Below, one piece after another: positions 38,562-53,343 of a stretch of DNA of 64,000 bases; the stretch's first letter is position 1, and each line of letters opens with the position of its first letter. The position numbers were made by a program, and so were the translations under genes. The notes under the pieces were generated by a model, which was given only the letters and a program-made list of their open reading frames with translations, was not told the DNA's origin and did not search any database. The stretch is taken from assembly GCA_951406725.2 (NCBI GenBank), contig OX597830.1:69750001-69814000 (forward strand), given 5' to 3'. The stretch comes from Octopus vulgaris (lineage: Eukaryota).

Positions 38562-39612
38562 TATATACAAGATAAGAAAATGGAGAAATACATCTAAATC
38601 AAATATCAATTACCAGATAATACTCAATCACATACTTTATTAAACCACCACATAAGAGACTGTAGGGTTAAACATAAAAAAAGCAGAACAAATCAGTGTA
38701 AATAAAGGAATGTACATAAAAAAGTGTACATAAAAGAGTAATGTTGTATAATAAGTAGAATATATATAAAAAAGAGAATATAAATATAAGTAAATATAAA
38801 TATAAGTAAATCATTTTACCTTTGCCCATATAATACAGTAAATGAATTGATTGCATCGCAATCCTTAACATATATGTATTAACTTTGTTGGGTACTTCAC
38901 TAGCAGTATATTGGATATATGTTATCCCATGGAGGGTTGCATTTACAACCCCTATCTCAATTTGTATATATATATATATATATTTATATTTTACACACAC
39001 ATGTGTGCATATGTGAGTCTTTGTATCTGTATTTGTCCTTTATTATTGCTTGACAACTGGTGTTGGTGTGTTTATGTCCCTGTAACTTAGTAGTTTGGCA
39101 AAATTATGTACCAGCTTAAAAGTACGTACTAGGGTTGATTCATTCAACTAAAAATTCTCCAAGGTGGTGCCCCAGCATGGCCACAGTCTAATGACTGAAA
39201 CAAGTAAAAGATAACAACAACGCCTGACATTAAGCCATCAGTGAGGAAATTACCTTATAGAATTTTAGAAAGTCGTTGAAATGAGAGTTTTTCATAAGGA
39301 TCTGTTCATCACAATACCAAAGTACAGTTTAGAAGCAAACTCGTTTTGTTTCTCTCTAATTAACATCCAAATATAGTTGATAGCATGCACATGCATGCAT
39401 GCATGTGAGTGTGTGTGCGCATGCATGCACCTCTCCACCCATGCAAACATACACGAAATGGACAGAAGATGTTGAGTTGAGTTGAGTTTTGGTTTGCTGA
39501 CGTCTTTTTTGGATGCATTCTCAGAATGAAATGCAAACACTTTGCTAATGGTGCCGTGATAGACTATTTGGCGCTAACTGAGCTTGAGATATTTATTACA
39601 AGCTGTCTAATA

Positions 39613-40030
39613 TAGGCACAGGAGTGGCTGTGTGGTAAGTAGCTTGTTTACCAACCACATGGTTCCGGGTTCAGTCCCACTGCGTGGCACCTTGGGCAAG
39701 TGTCTTCTACTATAGCCTCAGGCCAACCAAAGCCTTGTGAGTGGATTTGGTAGACGGAAACTGAAAGAAGCCCGTGTATATATGTATATATATGTATATA
39801 TGTGTGTGTGTGTATGTTTGTGTTTGTCCCCCTAGCATGGCTTGACAACCGATGCTGGTGTGTTTATGTCCCCGTCACTTAGCAGTTAGGCAAAAGAGAC
39901 CGATAGAATAAGTACTGTGTTTACAAAAGAATAAGTCCTGGGGTCAAGTTGCTCGATTAAAGGCGGTGCTCCAGCATGGCCACAGTCAAATGACTGAAAC
40001 AAGTAAAAGAGTAAAAAAAGGAGAGTAAAG
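39613..40030 (+). mobile_element. SINE family A full-length copy
   Basis: Head, core, microsatellite and tail all present. Confidence 0.85.
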
Positions 40031-40506
40031 AGAATATCTTCATTGTTACTTTATCTTCATCCACAGAATCACCTGGAACATACACATACACACACACACA
40101 CACACACGCACGTGCACAGGGTAATGTGGGGAAGTTCAGAATGAATAATAACTTGCATAAAAGAAAAAACCTAGGGAGAATTGACTGACATTATTGCCTG
40201 GAATATGAAACGAGTAAATCCAAATTCTCAATTTGAGGTGATGCCACTATGCTAACAACAACAACAACAGCAACAACAGCAATAATATCAGCAGCAATAA
40301 TTCTGAACTCCTTATTAAATATTTTTGCTACATTTAATATTTTACAAAGCCGTACAATGACTGATTAGCTACTGGCTCATCTCTACGGTGCTTCGTTCCG
40401 TGTTGAATTAGTTCAGACCCTGCTTCTTTTGTGTGAAGTAATCTATTATTAAAATAAAAACCTTTCCACAAATGTACACAGTTATATTTCGATAGGTCCA
40501 TTATTA

Positions 40507-40540
<34 letters not shown>

Positions 40541-40928
40541 CATCATCATTATTATTATTATTATTATAATTATCATAATAATAATAATAATAATGATGAT
40601 AATAATATTGATAATAATAATAATAATAATAATAAATATTTTAGCTGGTTTTTTTTTTTTTGTATATTCACAACATTTATATATATTTCTAATGACAAAT
40701 ACTTCATCAGTTTTTTTTTTCTAGGCATTAAAATATCAAGGTTTTCGAAAAAAAAAAGATATTTTTGATCCCACTCCCCACCCCTTCCTGAAGTACACTT
40801 CTCAACCATGTGGTTTTGGGTTCAGTCCCACTGTATGCCACTCGCCCTCAACTAACCAAAACCTGAGTTTGGTAGGCAGAAACTGAAAGAAGCCTGCTGC
40901 CTATATATATATGTATGTATATATATAT

Positions 40929-40977
<49 letters not shown>

Positions 40978-41680
40978 CGTATGTGTCCATCTCCATCACT
41001 ACTTGATGACTGGTGTTGGTTTGTTGATGCCCCTGTAACTTAGCGTTTCAGCAGAAAGTGCATGATAGAATAAGTACCAGGCTTTAAAATGTGGTGTATT
41101 TTGTACTGTTTATACTTTGTACAACGAGACCTGAAACTATTATTTGTACGGGCATGGCTGTGTGGTAAGAAGGTTGCTTCCCAACCACATAATTCTAGGT
41201 TCAGTCACACTCTGTGGTCACCTTGTGTCTTCTACTATAGCTTCGGGCTGACCAAATCCTTGTGAATGAATTTTGTAGATGGAAACAGAAAGAAGCCCAT
41301 CATATGTATATATGTATGTATGCATGCATGTATGTCCTCCACCTCCACCACCACATCACAACTGGTGTTGGTGTGTTCATGTCCTCATAACCAAGCAGTT
41401 TGGCAAAAGAGACCAACAGAATGAGTACCAGGCTTAAAAGAAAAAGAAGTACTTGTGTCGATTCATTCTGCTAAAATTTCTTCAAGGCAGTGCCCCAGCC
41501 TGGCCACAGTCTATTGACTAAAACAAGTAAAAGACAAAAGATATTTTTTCTTAATGTGTTTAGGCAGGTTCAGATGCAAAATATGCTGGTTGCCGTAGTG
41601 TATGTCACAGGTAAATCACCTCTCATTTACAACAAACGCATGTTCAACATCATCATCATCATCACACCCTCAGCTCATTG

Positions 41681-41722
<42 letters not shown>

Positions 41723-42373
41723 TGGGTCAGTGGCATTTCGACATGTGTCTCATCAGCCAAAAGCACCCAGGGAAGTAAGGCATTCAGAATATGGCAAATG
41801 CCTGATGGAGGGTATTCTCTTGGTTGCACGTCGCTGAACGGCTTCCAGACGATAAATATCCTGGGCAAGATAAGGGTTTCAGACTGGTGATGCAAATTCC
41901 AGGTGAGGTTGTACCATAGCTATATAAAGCCTCCTCAGATAGATAGCCGGAGAGTGGCTCACAAAGGACTTGGTGAGTGATGCCAAGACACCCTCAGCCT
42001 TTTTGGCAATTTTAGCGATGTGTTTTGTCCAACGCAAATCGCTGTCAACAATAATGCTCAAGTTACGTTCACAAGAAGACTTTTTGAGATTAGTGTTGTG
42101 GAGGGAGTAAGTAGACACTGGGATTTTCCTCTCAAAATGCATGGTGGTACATTTGTCCACAGCCAGCTTGAGTTGCCAGTCCAAAATCTACTGCTGCATT
42201 GTGTCCAGGTCTGATTGCAATAGAGATCTATAGTGTACAGGATCTGACCTCTTTATTTCATGGTACAGCTTGATGTCATTTGCATATTTCAGCACTGTGG
42301 CATTCTTTAAGTTGGCATCTATGTCATTAACATGTGCAACAAATAAAAGGGGGCCAAGAACAGATCCCTGTGG
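41723..42373 (-). mobile_element. CR1-group LINE reverse transcriptase fragment
   Basis: PQGSVLGPLLFVAHVNDID..LKYANDIKL..DWQLKLAVDKCTTMHF..ERNLSIIVDSDLRWTKHI..LYIAMVQPHLEFASPV, with disablements. Confidence 0.85.
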
Positions 42374-43422
42374 ATAGGTGTATTACTAAAAATATAGATA
42401 CTGTTTCTTTTTTTGTAAATTGACTCAAACCCATCCACAAATTCTCTGAATCTAATTCCCTCTTGTCTATTACTGATATTTATTAAATTTTACTTTGGAA
42501 GTACACAGAGAGACAAAGTTGACCCTAGCAGCTGTATTTGAACTCAGAATTCTTGAATTTAGAGCTAACTTGTATGACACACTTTGTCTAGCGCTTTACC
42601 GTTTCTAGTACTAAAGAGCTTATGATACTTCAAATGAATAATCAAAATGGAAATATGGAAGTGACAGGAATTTTAAAATATTGTAGCTGCTTCTTATTAC
42701 TAACATACACACAAAAAAAAAAAAGAAAAAAGAAAAAGAAGAAACTGAATTCCTAATCACAAGCTGGGTGACTTTTTTTTTTATTTTTTTTTTTTACTTT
42801 ATTATAAATTTAATCTTGCATTAATGGAACAAATTATTGATTCATGCAAGTTGAAAATAGAAATAAAATTTTTAAAAAATGTATTCGGTATGTAATGAAC
42901 TAAGGATGACTAGTGGCTATGCTCCTGTACCCTTGCTTGGTCATAGGTTTGTAATGACTTGCATCAACTTTGAGCTGTCGGGGTTGTGTACCCTCTACCA
43001 ATATGCTTGCCAACCTGACGTTTATTTGGAAATCCATCAACAGGACTTCAGCGATGTCAGAAAAAGTTTTTGACTTCTTCATTATTGCCTCTGTTATCCT
43101 TACAAATGTTGCTTTGCTTTCTACTCTATATTCATTGCTTTTTTTTTTGTGTTCTTGTTGTTCGGATCAGTTACATCCAAAACAGAAATAAATCAAAGAA
43201 TTTAAAAATAATGATAATAAATGAAAAGTGAGCAAGATTTTTTTCTTTGCTTGTTTATTATAATTTGTAAAATTCAATGCCATTCGTTTATGAGATTTCT
43301 CCCTGGAGAACCGTTACTTTCTATATGTTAATGAAGTATATGTATGTATGTATTTATATATGTATATATATATAAAAATATGTATATATATATATATATT
43401 TTTTGTTCGTTTATTTTCAAAG

Positions 43423-43443
43423 CACCTCACCAAAAAATTGGAG
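43423..43443 (+). CDS. Candidate 21-nt in-frame microexon of zeta-COP (HLTKKLE)
   Basis: ttttttgttcgtttattttcaaag|CACCTCACCAAAAAATTGGAG|gtaagta. Phase 0/0 matches the intron after exon 6 and there is no stop. No transcript evidence available. Confidence 0.4.
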
Positions 43444-43762
43444 GTAAGTAAAATTGTTGGGTTGCTTCATCAAGGAAATTACTATGGGTGAAATTAATTT
43501 ATTATTTATATAATAATTGTAATAATAATAATAATTATTATTATTGTTAATTTTTTTTTTCACATTTCAAGCTTTTGGGAATTATTTTTTTTTTATCTAA
43601 CAAGGTGTGTAATGTTCCAATATTACCTGCATTTGTATTATAAACCTAATTGCTACATTGGCTGTTCAGTATACTCTGTTCATAACACTTACACTTCTGA
43701 CACTAATTTTCATCAATAAACTTCATACGCATACACACACACAAATGCATATTATATACATT

Positions 43763-43798
<36 letters not shown>

Positions 43799-45748
43799 TA
43801 TATATATGTGTACGTGTGTGTGTGTGTGTATATATATATCGTTGCTATTATGCAAAAATGTCGCAAGTCCAAAATGTTGCTTTTTCAGAAAACGAAAAAA
43901 ATAGTTTCACCATTTCATAGTGAAACCATACACTTTTGGTATCCTGGCATCTGAAGCAGCTTGGAGATACGATAGTTTGACCAAAAGAACTGGCTATTGC
44001 AAGCAAAAATAAATATTGAGAAAAAAAACGCATTTGGTCAAATTTGGACATACGACAGTTCAACATAATAGCAACAATATATATATATACACGCACACAC
44101 ATATGTGCATACACACACACATACACACATACGCACATGCACAGTTGGTTGTTTATATATGACAGCGTTATGGATTTACACATTGTACAAAGCTTGTTTG
44201 AACAACTTCTATGTTCTGATGCAGTCAGAGGATACAGAGGACATCTTCAATGATGAAGAAACTGAAAAAAAGAAAAAAGAAATAGCATTTTAGGAAAGAG
44301 ACAAGATTTTCCAAAATTTCTACAACAATTTCTCCATTTTCAAAATATGTTATCTCAGCTGGAAGTGAAAGTGGGCTAGCATGCTGTCTCGGTAAATTGA
44401 CTGGTTTGCTAATTTATTTTCTTACCAGACAGAATGAAGTGCTTGGAACCTGTGCAGTTTCTTAAGGAACCATGGCTTCACATATCTCAACAGGCCCTAC
44501 TTCCATCTTACTTCCTTAAAATTGTCTCAGGGGTTTTGTGAAATGACTTATCATGCTTTACCGGATTATCGTCAACAGTGCCACCACCACCACCACCATC
44601 ATCATCATCACCACCATCATCATCATCACCACCATCATCATCATCATCATACAACATTGGTTTATTTGGGTTTTTTTTTTTTTTTTACATGTATGCTACC
44701 AAGATTTTTGTTGTATAGAATTAGTAAAAGATAATTGGGTGATATGTGCATGTACATAGACACTCACACACACATCTCAATGCGGTTCTTAACGGAGCTA
44801 TGCTGCTACAACTGGGAGGTGCTGCTCACTAACAAACATGCTCATGCCTGTGGTCTATCTATATAGGTGCTCTTACCTCTTTCTGCTTTACTGCTATCGT
44901 AATTCTCTCTATTCCTTGGAGTTGACTCATCTTGTGCCTCCTTCACTCATGCACTCCCAACCCATTCAACCCTCCTCCTTTCATTATCCTTGTTGTGTCC
45001 CATTCCCCCAGGTCCCACACTAGTCACTATATCCAGTCCTTCCTCTCTGCAACATTTGGCCTCTGAAATTCTTCTCCCTGCTCATGTTTTTCCTTTCAGG
45101 TTTAACCGCAGGATAGTTAACCAAATTACTCTCACAGGCCACAGAGGGGCTGCAAACCCCATAGACATTGTCCCATCCTTCAGACCCATTATCATCACCA
45201 TCATCATCGGCGTCATCATCATCATCATCATTTGATGTCTGCCTTTCATGCTGGCATGGGTGAGTTGGTTTGACAGGAGCTAGCCAGACAGAAGCCTGCT
45301 CTAGATTCCTGTGTCTGTTTTGGCATGACCGTGTGGTGAGAAACTTATTTTCTAACCATGAGTTTGGGTTCGGTCCCACTGTATGGCACCTTGGGCAAGT
45401 GTCTTCTGCTATAGCTTTGGGCTGACCAAAGCCTTGTGAGTAGGTTTAGTAAATGGAAACTGGAAGAATCCCCTTTGTATACACACACACACATACATAC
45501 ATAGATTAATTAATTAATTAATTAATTAATTATAATAAAGGGTAAAAATCATTAATGATTTTTACCAAGGGGTCAGTGTGTGGAAATAAAAACCGTATGG
45601 GTGAATTTTACAAATATTTTAATAATTATATACAAAATTATAACAAGGCATAAGCTATAAGCCTCTCTACACGCTAGAAATAGGTGCCAAAAGACATTAA
45701 TACCACCTTGTCCCTTCGTGTATTTCATGTTATTTATTTATGTAAAGG

Positions 45749-45793
<45 letters not shown>

Positions 45794-45797
<4 letters not shown>

Positions 45798-46165
45798 CGC
45801 AGGAATGGCTGTGTGGTAAGTAGCTTGCTAACTAACCACATGGTTCTGGGTTCAGTCCCACTGCGTGGCATCTTGGGCAAGTGTCTTCTGCTATAGCCCC
45901 GGGCCGACCAATGCCTTGTGAGTGGATTTGGTAGATGGAAACTGAAAGAAGCCTGTCGTATATGTATATGTGTGTATGTTTGTCCCCTAGCATTGCTTGA
46001 GAACCGATGCTGGTTTGTTTACGTCCCCGTCACTTAGCGGTTCGGCAAAAGAGACCGATAGAATAAGTACTGGGCTTACAAGGAATAAGTGCCGGGGTCG
46101 AATTGCTCGACTAAAGGCGGTGCTCCAGCATGGCCGCAGTCAAATGACTGAAACAAGTAAAAGAG
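45794..46165 (+). mobile_element. SINE family A young copy
   Basis: CpG-intact and near-identical to the 28288 and 56027 copies. Confidence 0.85.
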
Positions 46166-46356
46166 TATATATCGGTGCTGGTGTGGTTGTTTGGTTCAGA
46201 AGCTTGCTTCCCAACCATGTGGTCTTTGGTTCAGTCACCCTGTATAGTTTCTTGGGCTGGTGTCTTTACTGTAGCTCTGGGCCAACTAAAAGCCTTGTGA
46301 GTAGATTTGGTAGACAGGGACTGAACAGTTGCTCAACAAATACATACATACACATA

Positions 46357-46752
46357 TCTTTATATATAAAAGAGAGGTTGTGTGCTGTCTGTCTCCACCG
46401 ATTTAGATTCCTAACTACTCCCACATTTTGCAGTGCAGTGTAACCAAAACCGGGTATCTTATAGCCGTGATTCATATCGAGCCCTTCTGGGTATTAGCGC
46501 GCGTCTACGATGAGTCTACGATTTAAAAAAAAATTTACCATCAATTTTTCCCATTTTTAATGCATTTTTGGCATATATAAGGGAAGTAACTCTCTAAAAA
46601 TTTATTATTAAATCTCAGAACGTAAAAAGCTACAGTAACACCCCCCCTTTGTGGTTAGCCATATTGAGATGGCTATTATACTTTACATCTCTAAAAATGC
46701 TTATATAGTTATTTCCCTTACAAACCCGAGCAACGCCGGGCGATACTGCTAG
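46357..46752 (+). mobile_element. Non-autonomous Helitron with canonical termini
   Basis: Inserted between A and T, 5' TC, 3' hairpin CCCGagcaacgcCGGG 8 nt before CTAG, no TSD. Confidence 0.85.
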
Positions 46753-47054
46753 TACATATATACAAAGAATATTGAAAGAGTCTGTTGAAAGAAGAGTGCA
46801 TTATATAGACAGTAGAGCTGAATGTTATTAATAATATGTACATATATATGCTTTTCTTTCACTTCGTCTTGTTTTAGTCGTTTGACTGCAGCCATGGTGG
46901 AGCACTGCCTTGAAGGATTTTAGTTGAAACAAATCGACCCCAAGACTTTTTTTCTTTTTAAAGCCTAATAGTTATTCTATTGGTCTCCTTTGCTGAACTG
47001 TTAAGTTATGGGGATGGAAACACACTGGTTGACCAGTTGTCAAATAGTGATGTT

Positions 47055-47100
<46 letters not shown>

Positions 47101-47607
47101 CTAGACGACAGGCTTCTTTCAGTTTCTGTCTACCAGATCCACTCGCAAGGATTTGGTCAGCCTGATGTTGTTGTAGAACACACTTGCCCAAGATGCTGTG
47201 CAGTGGGACTGAACTCGGAACCATATGGGGTTGGAAAGCAAGCTTCTCACTATGCAGCCGCACCTGTACGCTCACAGATACATATGTAAATGTAGATAAA
47301 CCACCTAGACAAAAACAAAATAAAAAAGGGGGGATTTCGGTCTGACTATGTTATTACTGTTTCGTTAGAGACCAATGTACACACGTTCTTGACCACAGAG
47401 AGAATGTTGGCTTATACTTGTTTGTAGCGTATGTAAACTCTGACGAAATTAGATTAGTCTGTTTAATTTGCATAACAGTGTAAGCACCGACAGGATAAAT
47501 TAATGATGGTATTAATTAAAAGGAACACAATACAGCTTTAGGATAATTAGAAATGTAAGGTAAACTTACTAAGTGTGTTTTTAATTAATTAGATTTATAT
47601 TTAATAT

Positions 47608-47668
<61 letters not shown>

Positions 47669-47922
47669 ATGCATGTGTATGTATATACATCTATATATAT
47701 ATATATGTGTATGGGTGAGTTTACACTGGTTTAAAAGCTGTTGTCATTGTGTTGCTGTATGTCCCATGACCTAGTGGTTCGACAAATAGAGATCAATAGA
47801 ATAAGTATTAGAGTCAATATTTTTGACTGAGCCTTTGAAGGCCACAGTAATGTAGTTAAAACCAATAAAACGGTATGTGTGTGGGGATGGGTGTCTAAAT
47901 GCATGTATCTATATGTATCACC

Positions 47923-48220
47923 TTTGAAACGCTTGTGTGGCTTGCCCTGGGGGCATTTTCCTTGCTCCAGCTCACCATACAACACCTGCTTTGGCATGGG
48001 GGGATGTCCTTGAAACAGACAAGGTGGCCAGTCCATCTAAGTTGGTGTTTCATTATCATGGACTCAATGCTTATCATTTTCACCAACTGCAGTGATCTCA
48101 CATCAGGTACATGAGATCTTCAGGATATTATGCAAGCATCAAGTGAAATCATTTGAGACGCTGAATATACCTGCGGTAAGGTTGTCTTCTTTTTGCATCC
48201 AGACATCAATGCTGACTTCC
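47923..48220 (-). mobile_element. Degraded RTE (BovB-like) ORF fragment
   Basis: Frameshifted [18 protein letters not shown] and [24 protein letters not shown]. Confidence 0.7.
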
Positions 48221-48281
48221 ACCATGCATATGTATAGATATGTGACTATGTATGTATATATATATATATTTAATGTATGTA

Positions 48282-48344
<63 letters not shown>

Positions 48345-49080
48345 GTCCCGGTGGCACGTAAAAAGCACCCACTACACTCTTGGAGTGGTTGGCATTAGGA
48401 AGGGCATCCAGCTGTAGAAACTCTGCCAGATCAAGATTGGGGCCTGGTGCAGCCATCTGGTTCGCCAGCCCTCAGTCAAAATCGTCCAACCCATGCTAGT
48501 ATGGAAAACGGACGTTAAACAATATATATTTAATGTATGTGTGTGTATATACACATGTATTTTATGTATGTGAGTGTGTCAGAAGTACTGCTTTGTTACA
48601 TGAAGCTAATAAGCTATTTGCATTTGTGGTGGGCGGAATTTTTTACTTAATTGTTAGAATGTCCAATAGACTACCTTTTGGTATTAGTTCTCTCTGCATT
48701 CCAAGTTCAAATCCCAATGAGATCAACTTTACTTTTCATTTTTTAGTGGCTGATAAAAAAGAAAAATGAATCTTGGGTGGTGGATTAACGGAACAACAGG
48801 GAAAACATTGAACCAAATACCTTGTGGTATTTGTTCAGGCTCTTTGCTTTTTGACTTCAAATCCCATCATAGTGTACTTTGATATTAAACTTAATCTGTC
48901 TAGCAGCTTAACACCATAACCTAGCAATTTTGGTTCTTTTAATGAAACCAAGTTTGTTGTAAGCATTTGGACTAGATCTTTGGTTTGAAGATGCCTTTGG
49001 CCATGTAGGGTTATAGACATTGCCTTTTTTTTCTGACTAAAAGATTAATCCTTTAGCCTGGCTATATCTGGCCCAAATAT

Positions 49081-49314
49081 GAAGGCGGTGAGCTGGCAGA
49101 AACGTTAGCACGCCGGGCGAATTGCTTATCTGTATTTTGTCTGTCATTATGTTCTGAGTTCAAATTCCACCAAGGTCGACTTTGCCTTTCATCCTTTGAG
49201 GGTCGATAAATAAAGTACCAGTTTCGCACTGGGGTCGATGTAATCGACTTAATCCCCTTGTCTGTCCTTGTTTGTCCCCTCTATGTTTAGCCCCTTGTGG
49301 GTAGTAAAGAAATA
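49081..49314 (+). mobile_element. SINE family C with 18-bp TSD
   Basis: TSD TATATCTGGCCCAAATAT at 49063-49080 and 49315-49332. Same family as 7630-7855. Confidence 0.85.
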
Positions 49315-49828
49315 TATATCTGGCCCAAATATTCTACCTGTTTTATGTTCAAATTGGGCACATTCTGACCTCTCTCACTTACCTTGCAATCATCATCATC
49401 ATCATCATTGTTTAATGTCTGCTCTTCATGCTGGCATGTGTTGGATGGTTTGACATGGAGCTGGCTAACAAGGAACTGTCCAGACCCCAACTATCTGTTG
49501 TGGCATGGTTTCTATAACTGGATGCCCTTCCTAATGCCAACCACTTAGCAGAGTGTGCTGGGTGCTTTTCAAGGGGAATCAGCACCTGAAAGGACAAGCC
49601 TGTATGTGTGGATGTGGAAGACGGTGATTTTACTTAGCTTGATGTGCCTTATCAAGTATAGCAAATTGCCATATCTCATGGTCCCTTGTCATTTCCTCAG
49701 TGAGGCCCAGCATCCGAAGATCCTTTCTCACCACTTTGTCCCTCTAAAAATAAACAACCACATCATCGAAATGTTGAAGCTATGAGATAATGCATGATTA
49801 ATTCAAAGCAATTTGAGTAAATCACCAT

Positions 49829-50038
49829 GTGACAGGATGAGGATCCTGTCACACACAATTTAAGTGGAATAAGCGGAGACAAAGTCAGGCGGTCTTCGAT
49901 AACAGTAAGTGGTGGTTTATTCTGCGGATACAGGTAAGAACTAGTGCATATGTATCTTTAGTAGGGAAGCCGGCAGCCGAATCCGCAGGACTGGTTGCGA
50001 TGCTTTCTTGTTGCGAGTCAAGACGATTCGTCGTATGT
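49829..50038 (-). mobile_element. Possible LTR 3' part (solo-LTR fragment)
   Basis: CpG-rich island. Minus strand has AATAAA followed by a U5-like stretch ending cctgtcaCA, with TGTGACAGGA/TCCTGTCACA inverted motif. Truncated by a SINE C. Confidence 0.35.
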
Positions 50039-50599
50039 AAGGTGGCAAGCTGGCAGAAACGTTAGCACACCGGGCGAAATGCTTAGCAGTATTTCGTCTG
50101 TCTTTACATTCTGAGTTCAAATTCCGCCAAGATCGACTTTACCTAATTGACTGGCCCCTCCCCAAAATTTTTGTGCCTTGTGCCTAGAGGAGAATAGAAT
50201 ATGTATGTGTGTGTGTGTGTGTATAGGTAAGTTTATGCATGTGTATATATGGATATGTTTTTTATCTGTGTATATGTGTGTGAGTATATAGTGAAGGCAC
50301 ATGGTTTAATGGTTAGAGGTTTGAGCTCACAATCATGAGGTAGTGAGTTTGATTCCTGGACTGGGCTCTGTGCTGTGTTCTTCAGCATTCACATTGCCCC
50401 AGTTCACTCAGTTGTAGAAATGAGTTGTGATATAACTGGTGTCAAACTGCATCAGCCCTTGCTTTTCCCTTGGATAACATCAGTGGCGAGGAGAGGAGAG
50501 AGGCTGGTATGCATGGGCGACTGCTGGTCTTCCATAAACAAGCTTACCCAGACCTGTGTCGCAGAGGGTAACTTTCATGACTGAAGGAGGTCTTTACTG

Positions 50600-50636
<37 letters not shown>

Positions 50637-50985
50637 CCTTGTAGTTGGAATGGAATCTACATAGTAAGATCAGGTGACTTACACCACTTGGTAATGAGAA
50701 AACATACTTCACTAATATTCGGCAAAGATCTCATGCCAAAAAATCTTTAAAAAGACATTTCTTATCAACAAAATGAAAATTCCTGAATATCAAATGTATC
50801 CATTTGATTCATGCTTTATTTTAACCCTTTGGATGTTATTTCGGTCACGTAGTTCTAACTGCTAATGTTGTTTTTCCAAGTTGTGCTGCTAATTCGGTTC
50901 TGTTCTATAATTCTCTATTAAATCAATCAATACCGCTACTGCTTGCACTGTTAGTTTAATTAGATGTGACACTCCTCTCTTCTAA

Positions 50986-51032
<47 letters not shown>

Positions 51033-52043
51033 CACTCTCTCTCTAACTTGTCATTTTTAACCTCCCTAATTGTGTCAGCTAAATGTCAAAAACATCAATT
51101 TATTGCATTTTTTTTTGTTTTAATATATTTTGTCATTTTTTCCCCCTGTTTTCCTTTCTGAAACCATGGGCTTGGTTTCATTTTTTTTTTTTTTATTCTT
51201 TCCTCCATATAGAACCAAATAAGTAATAAATCAATATTATTCTCCCTATAAAGGTCTCATAGATTTTATTTTTATTTATTCATTTATTTTTATTCTTCCT
51301 AATATCTCGTTTGCGGACAAAGGTTAGCGAAATTAGTTGATTTATAATTGCAATCAGTTTATTTCAGATTTCTAAATTACCTATCAGCGATAATTTCTTT
51401 CTTCTGATGAATAAAATAAACCTTATAATATAAATGGCAATGTAATTTGAAAGAATATTGAGAGAATATTCACAGAATATTGTAATTATAATCAAAGGTT
51501 GATCAACAATGATGAATTATAAATTAGGTAAGTGGATGTAGATTAGTAAATATGTCAAAATAGATAACTGTTAACGAGGAAACTAATAAAAATGGATATC
51601 TGATTATGCAAGAACATTGTGGAATTGATTATTTATGAGATGATCTCAAGGCACGCAATTGAGTATTGAATGATTATGGGTAACAGCAGAGTCATGTGGA
51701 AATAATAATAATAATCTTAATAATGATGATTTCAAATTTTGGCACAAAGCCAGCAGTTTTGGAGGAGGGCTTAAGTCGATTTCATCGACTCCAGTGTTGA
51801 ACTGGTTCTTATTTTATTGACACCGAGAGGATGAAAGGCAAAGTCAACTTCGGCAGAATTTGAACTCAGAACGTAAAGACAGACAAAAATGCCACTAAGC
51901 ATTTTGTCCAGCTTGCTACTGCTTCTGCCATCTCAACACCTTAATAATAATAATAATAATAATGATAATAATAATAATAATATTAATAGTAATAATGACA
52001 ATAATATGATAATAATAATAATGATGATGATGATAATATGATG

Positions 52044-52078
<35 letters not shown>

Positions 52079-52460
52079 TTCAAATTTTGGCACAAGGCCA
52101 GTAATTTTAGGGGATAAGGTTAGTCAAACTCAGATGGTAAAAGAGCTGGAAGAGATAACGCTTAGCATTTTGTCTCATACATTTAGGATTCCACCAGTTC
52201 CTCCCCTGATTAATAACCTGATGATGATGATTCTTTCTATTCTAGGTGGAAATTCAGGAATTTTGGGGGCTAGTTGATTTCAGTGATCCTCTTACTTAAC
52301 TGGTACTTAGTATTGACCTCAAATGGATGAAAGGTAAAGTCAACCTTGATAGAAGTTGAACTCTGTTGTTTAGAGCCAGAAGGAATGTCGCCAAGCATTT
52401 TCTCTATGCTCTAATGTTTCTGCCAGCTCACCAACTTCATTAATAATAAACATAATAATG

Positions 52461-52513
<53 letters not shown>

Positions 52514-52974
52514 TAATAATAATAATCATCCTTTCTGCTAAAGGCACAAAGCCTGCAAATGGTACTTATTTTATTGTTCCTGTAAAGATGAAAAAGCAAA
52601 GTTGATCTTTAGGGGGAATTTGAACACAGAATGTAAAGTTTGAAAAATGCTTTGAAGCATTTTGTCTGGTGTGCTAATGATTCTGCCAGCTTGCTGCCTC
52701 CTCTTCCTCCTCCTCCTCCTCCTCCTCCTCCTCCTCCTCCTCAACAACAACAACAATGGCTTCACATAATAGAGACTTTGGGAGAAAGGGTAAGACAATT
52801 ACATCGACCTCCCCCCAGTGCTCATCTGGTACTTATTTTATCGACCCTGAAAGGTTAAAGGGCGAAGTTGACCTTGGTGGAATTTGAACTCAAATGGTAA
52901 AGGGCTGGAAGAAATGATGATAAGCATTTTGTTTGTCTAATGCACTTATGATTCTATCAGCTTACGACCTTGAA

Positions 52975-53011
<37 letters not shown>

Positions 53012-53312
53012 TTAATTAATAATAATAATTAATAACAATAGTAATTAATAATAATAATTAATAATAATTAATAATAATAATAAATAATAATTAATAATAA
53101 TAATAATAATTAATAATAATAATAATAATTAATAACAATAGTAATTAATAATAATAATTAATAATAATTAATAATAATAATAAATAATAATAATAATAAA
53201 TAATAATAAATAATAATAAATAATAATAATAATAAATAATAATAATAATAATAATAATAATTAATAATGCTAATAATAATAGTAATAATAAATAATAATA
53301 AATAATAATAAT

Positions 53313-53343
<31 letters not shown>

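Noticed and set aside
42880-43020. Possible intronic C/D snoRNA
   Set aside because: Box C is only partial (AGGATGA), there is no terminal stem and no recognisable rRNA complementarity.
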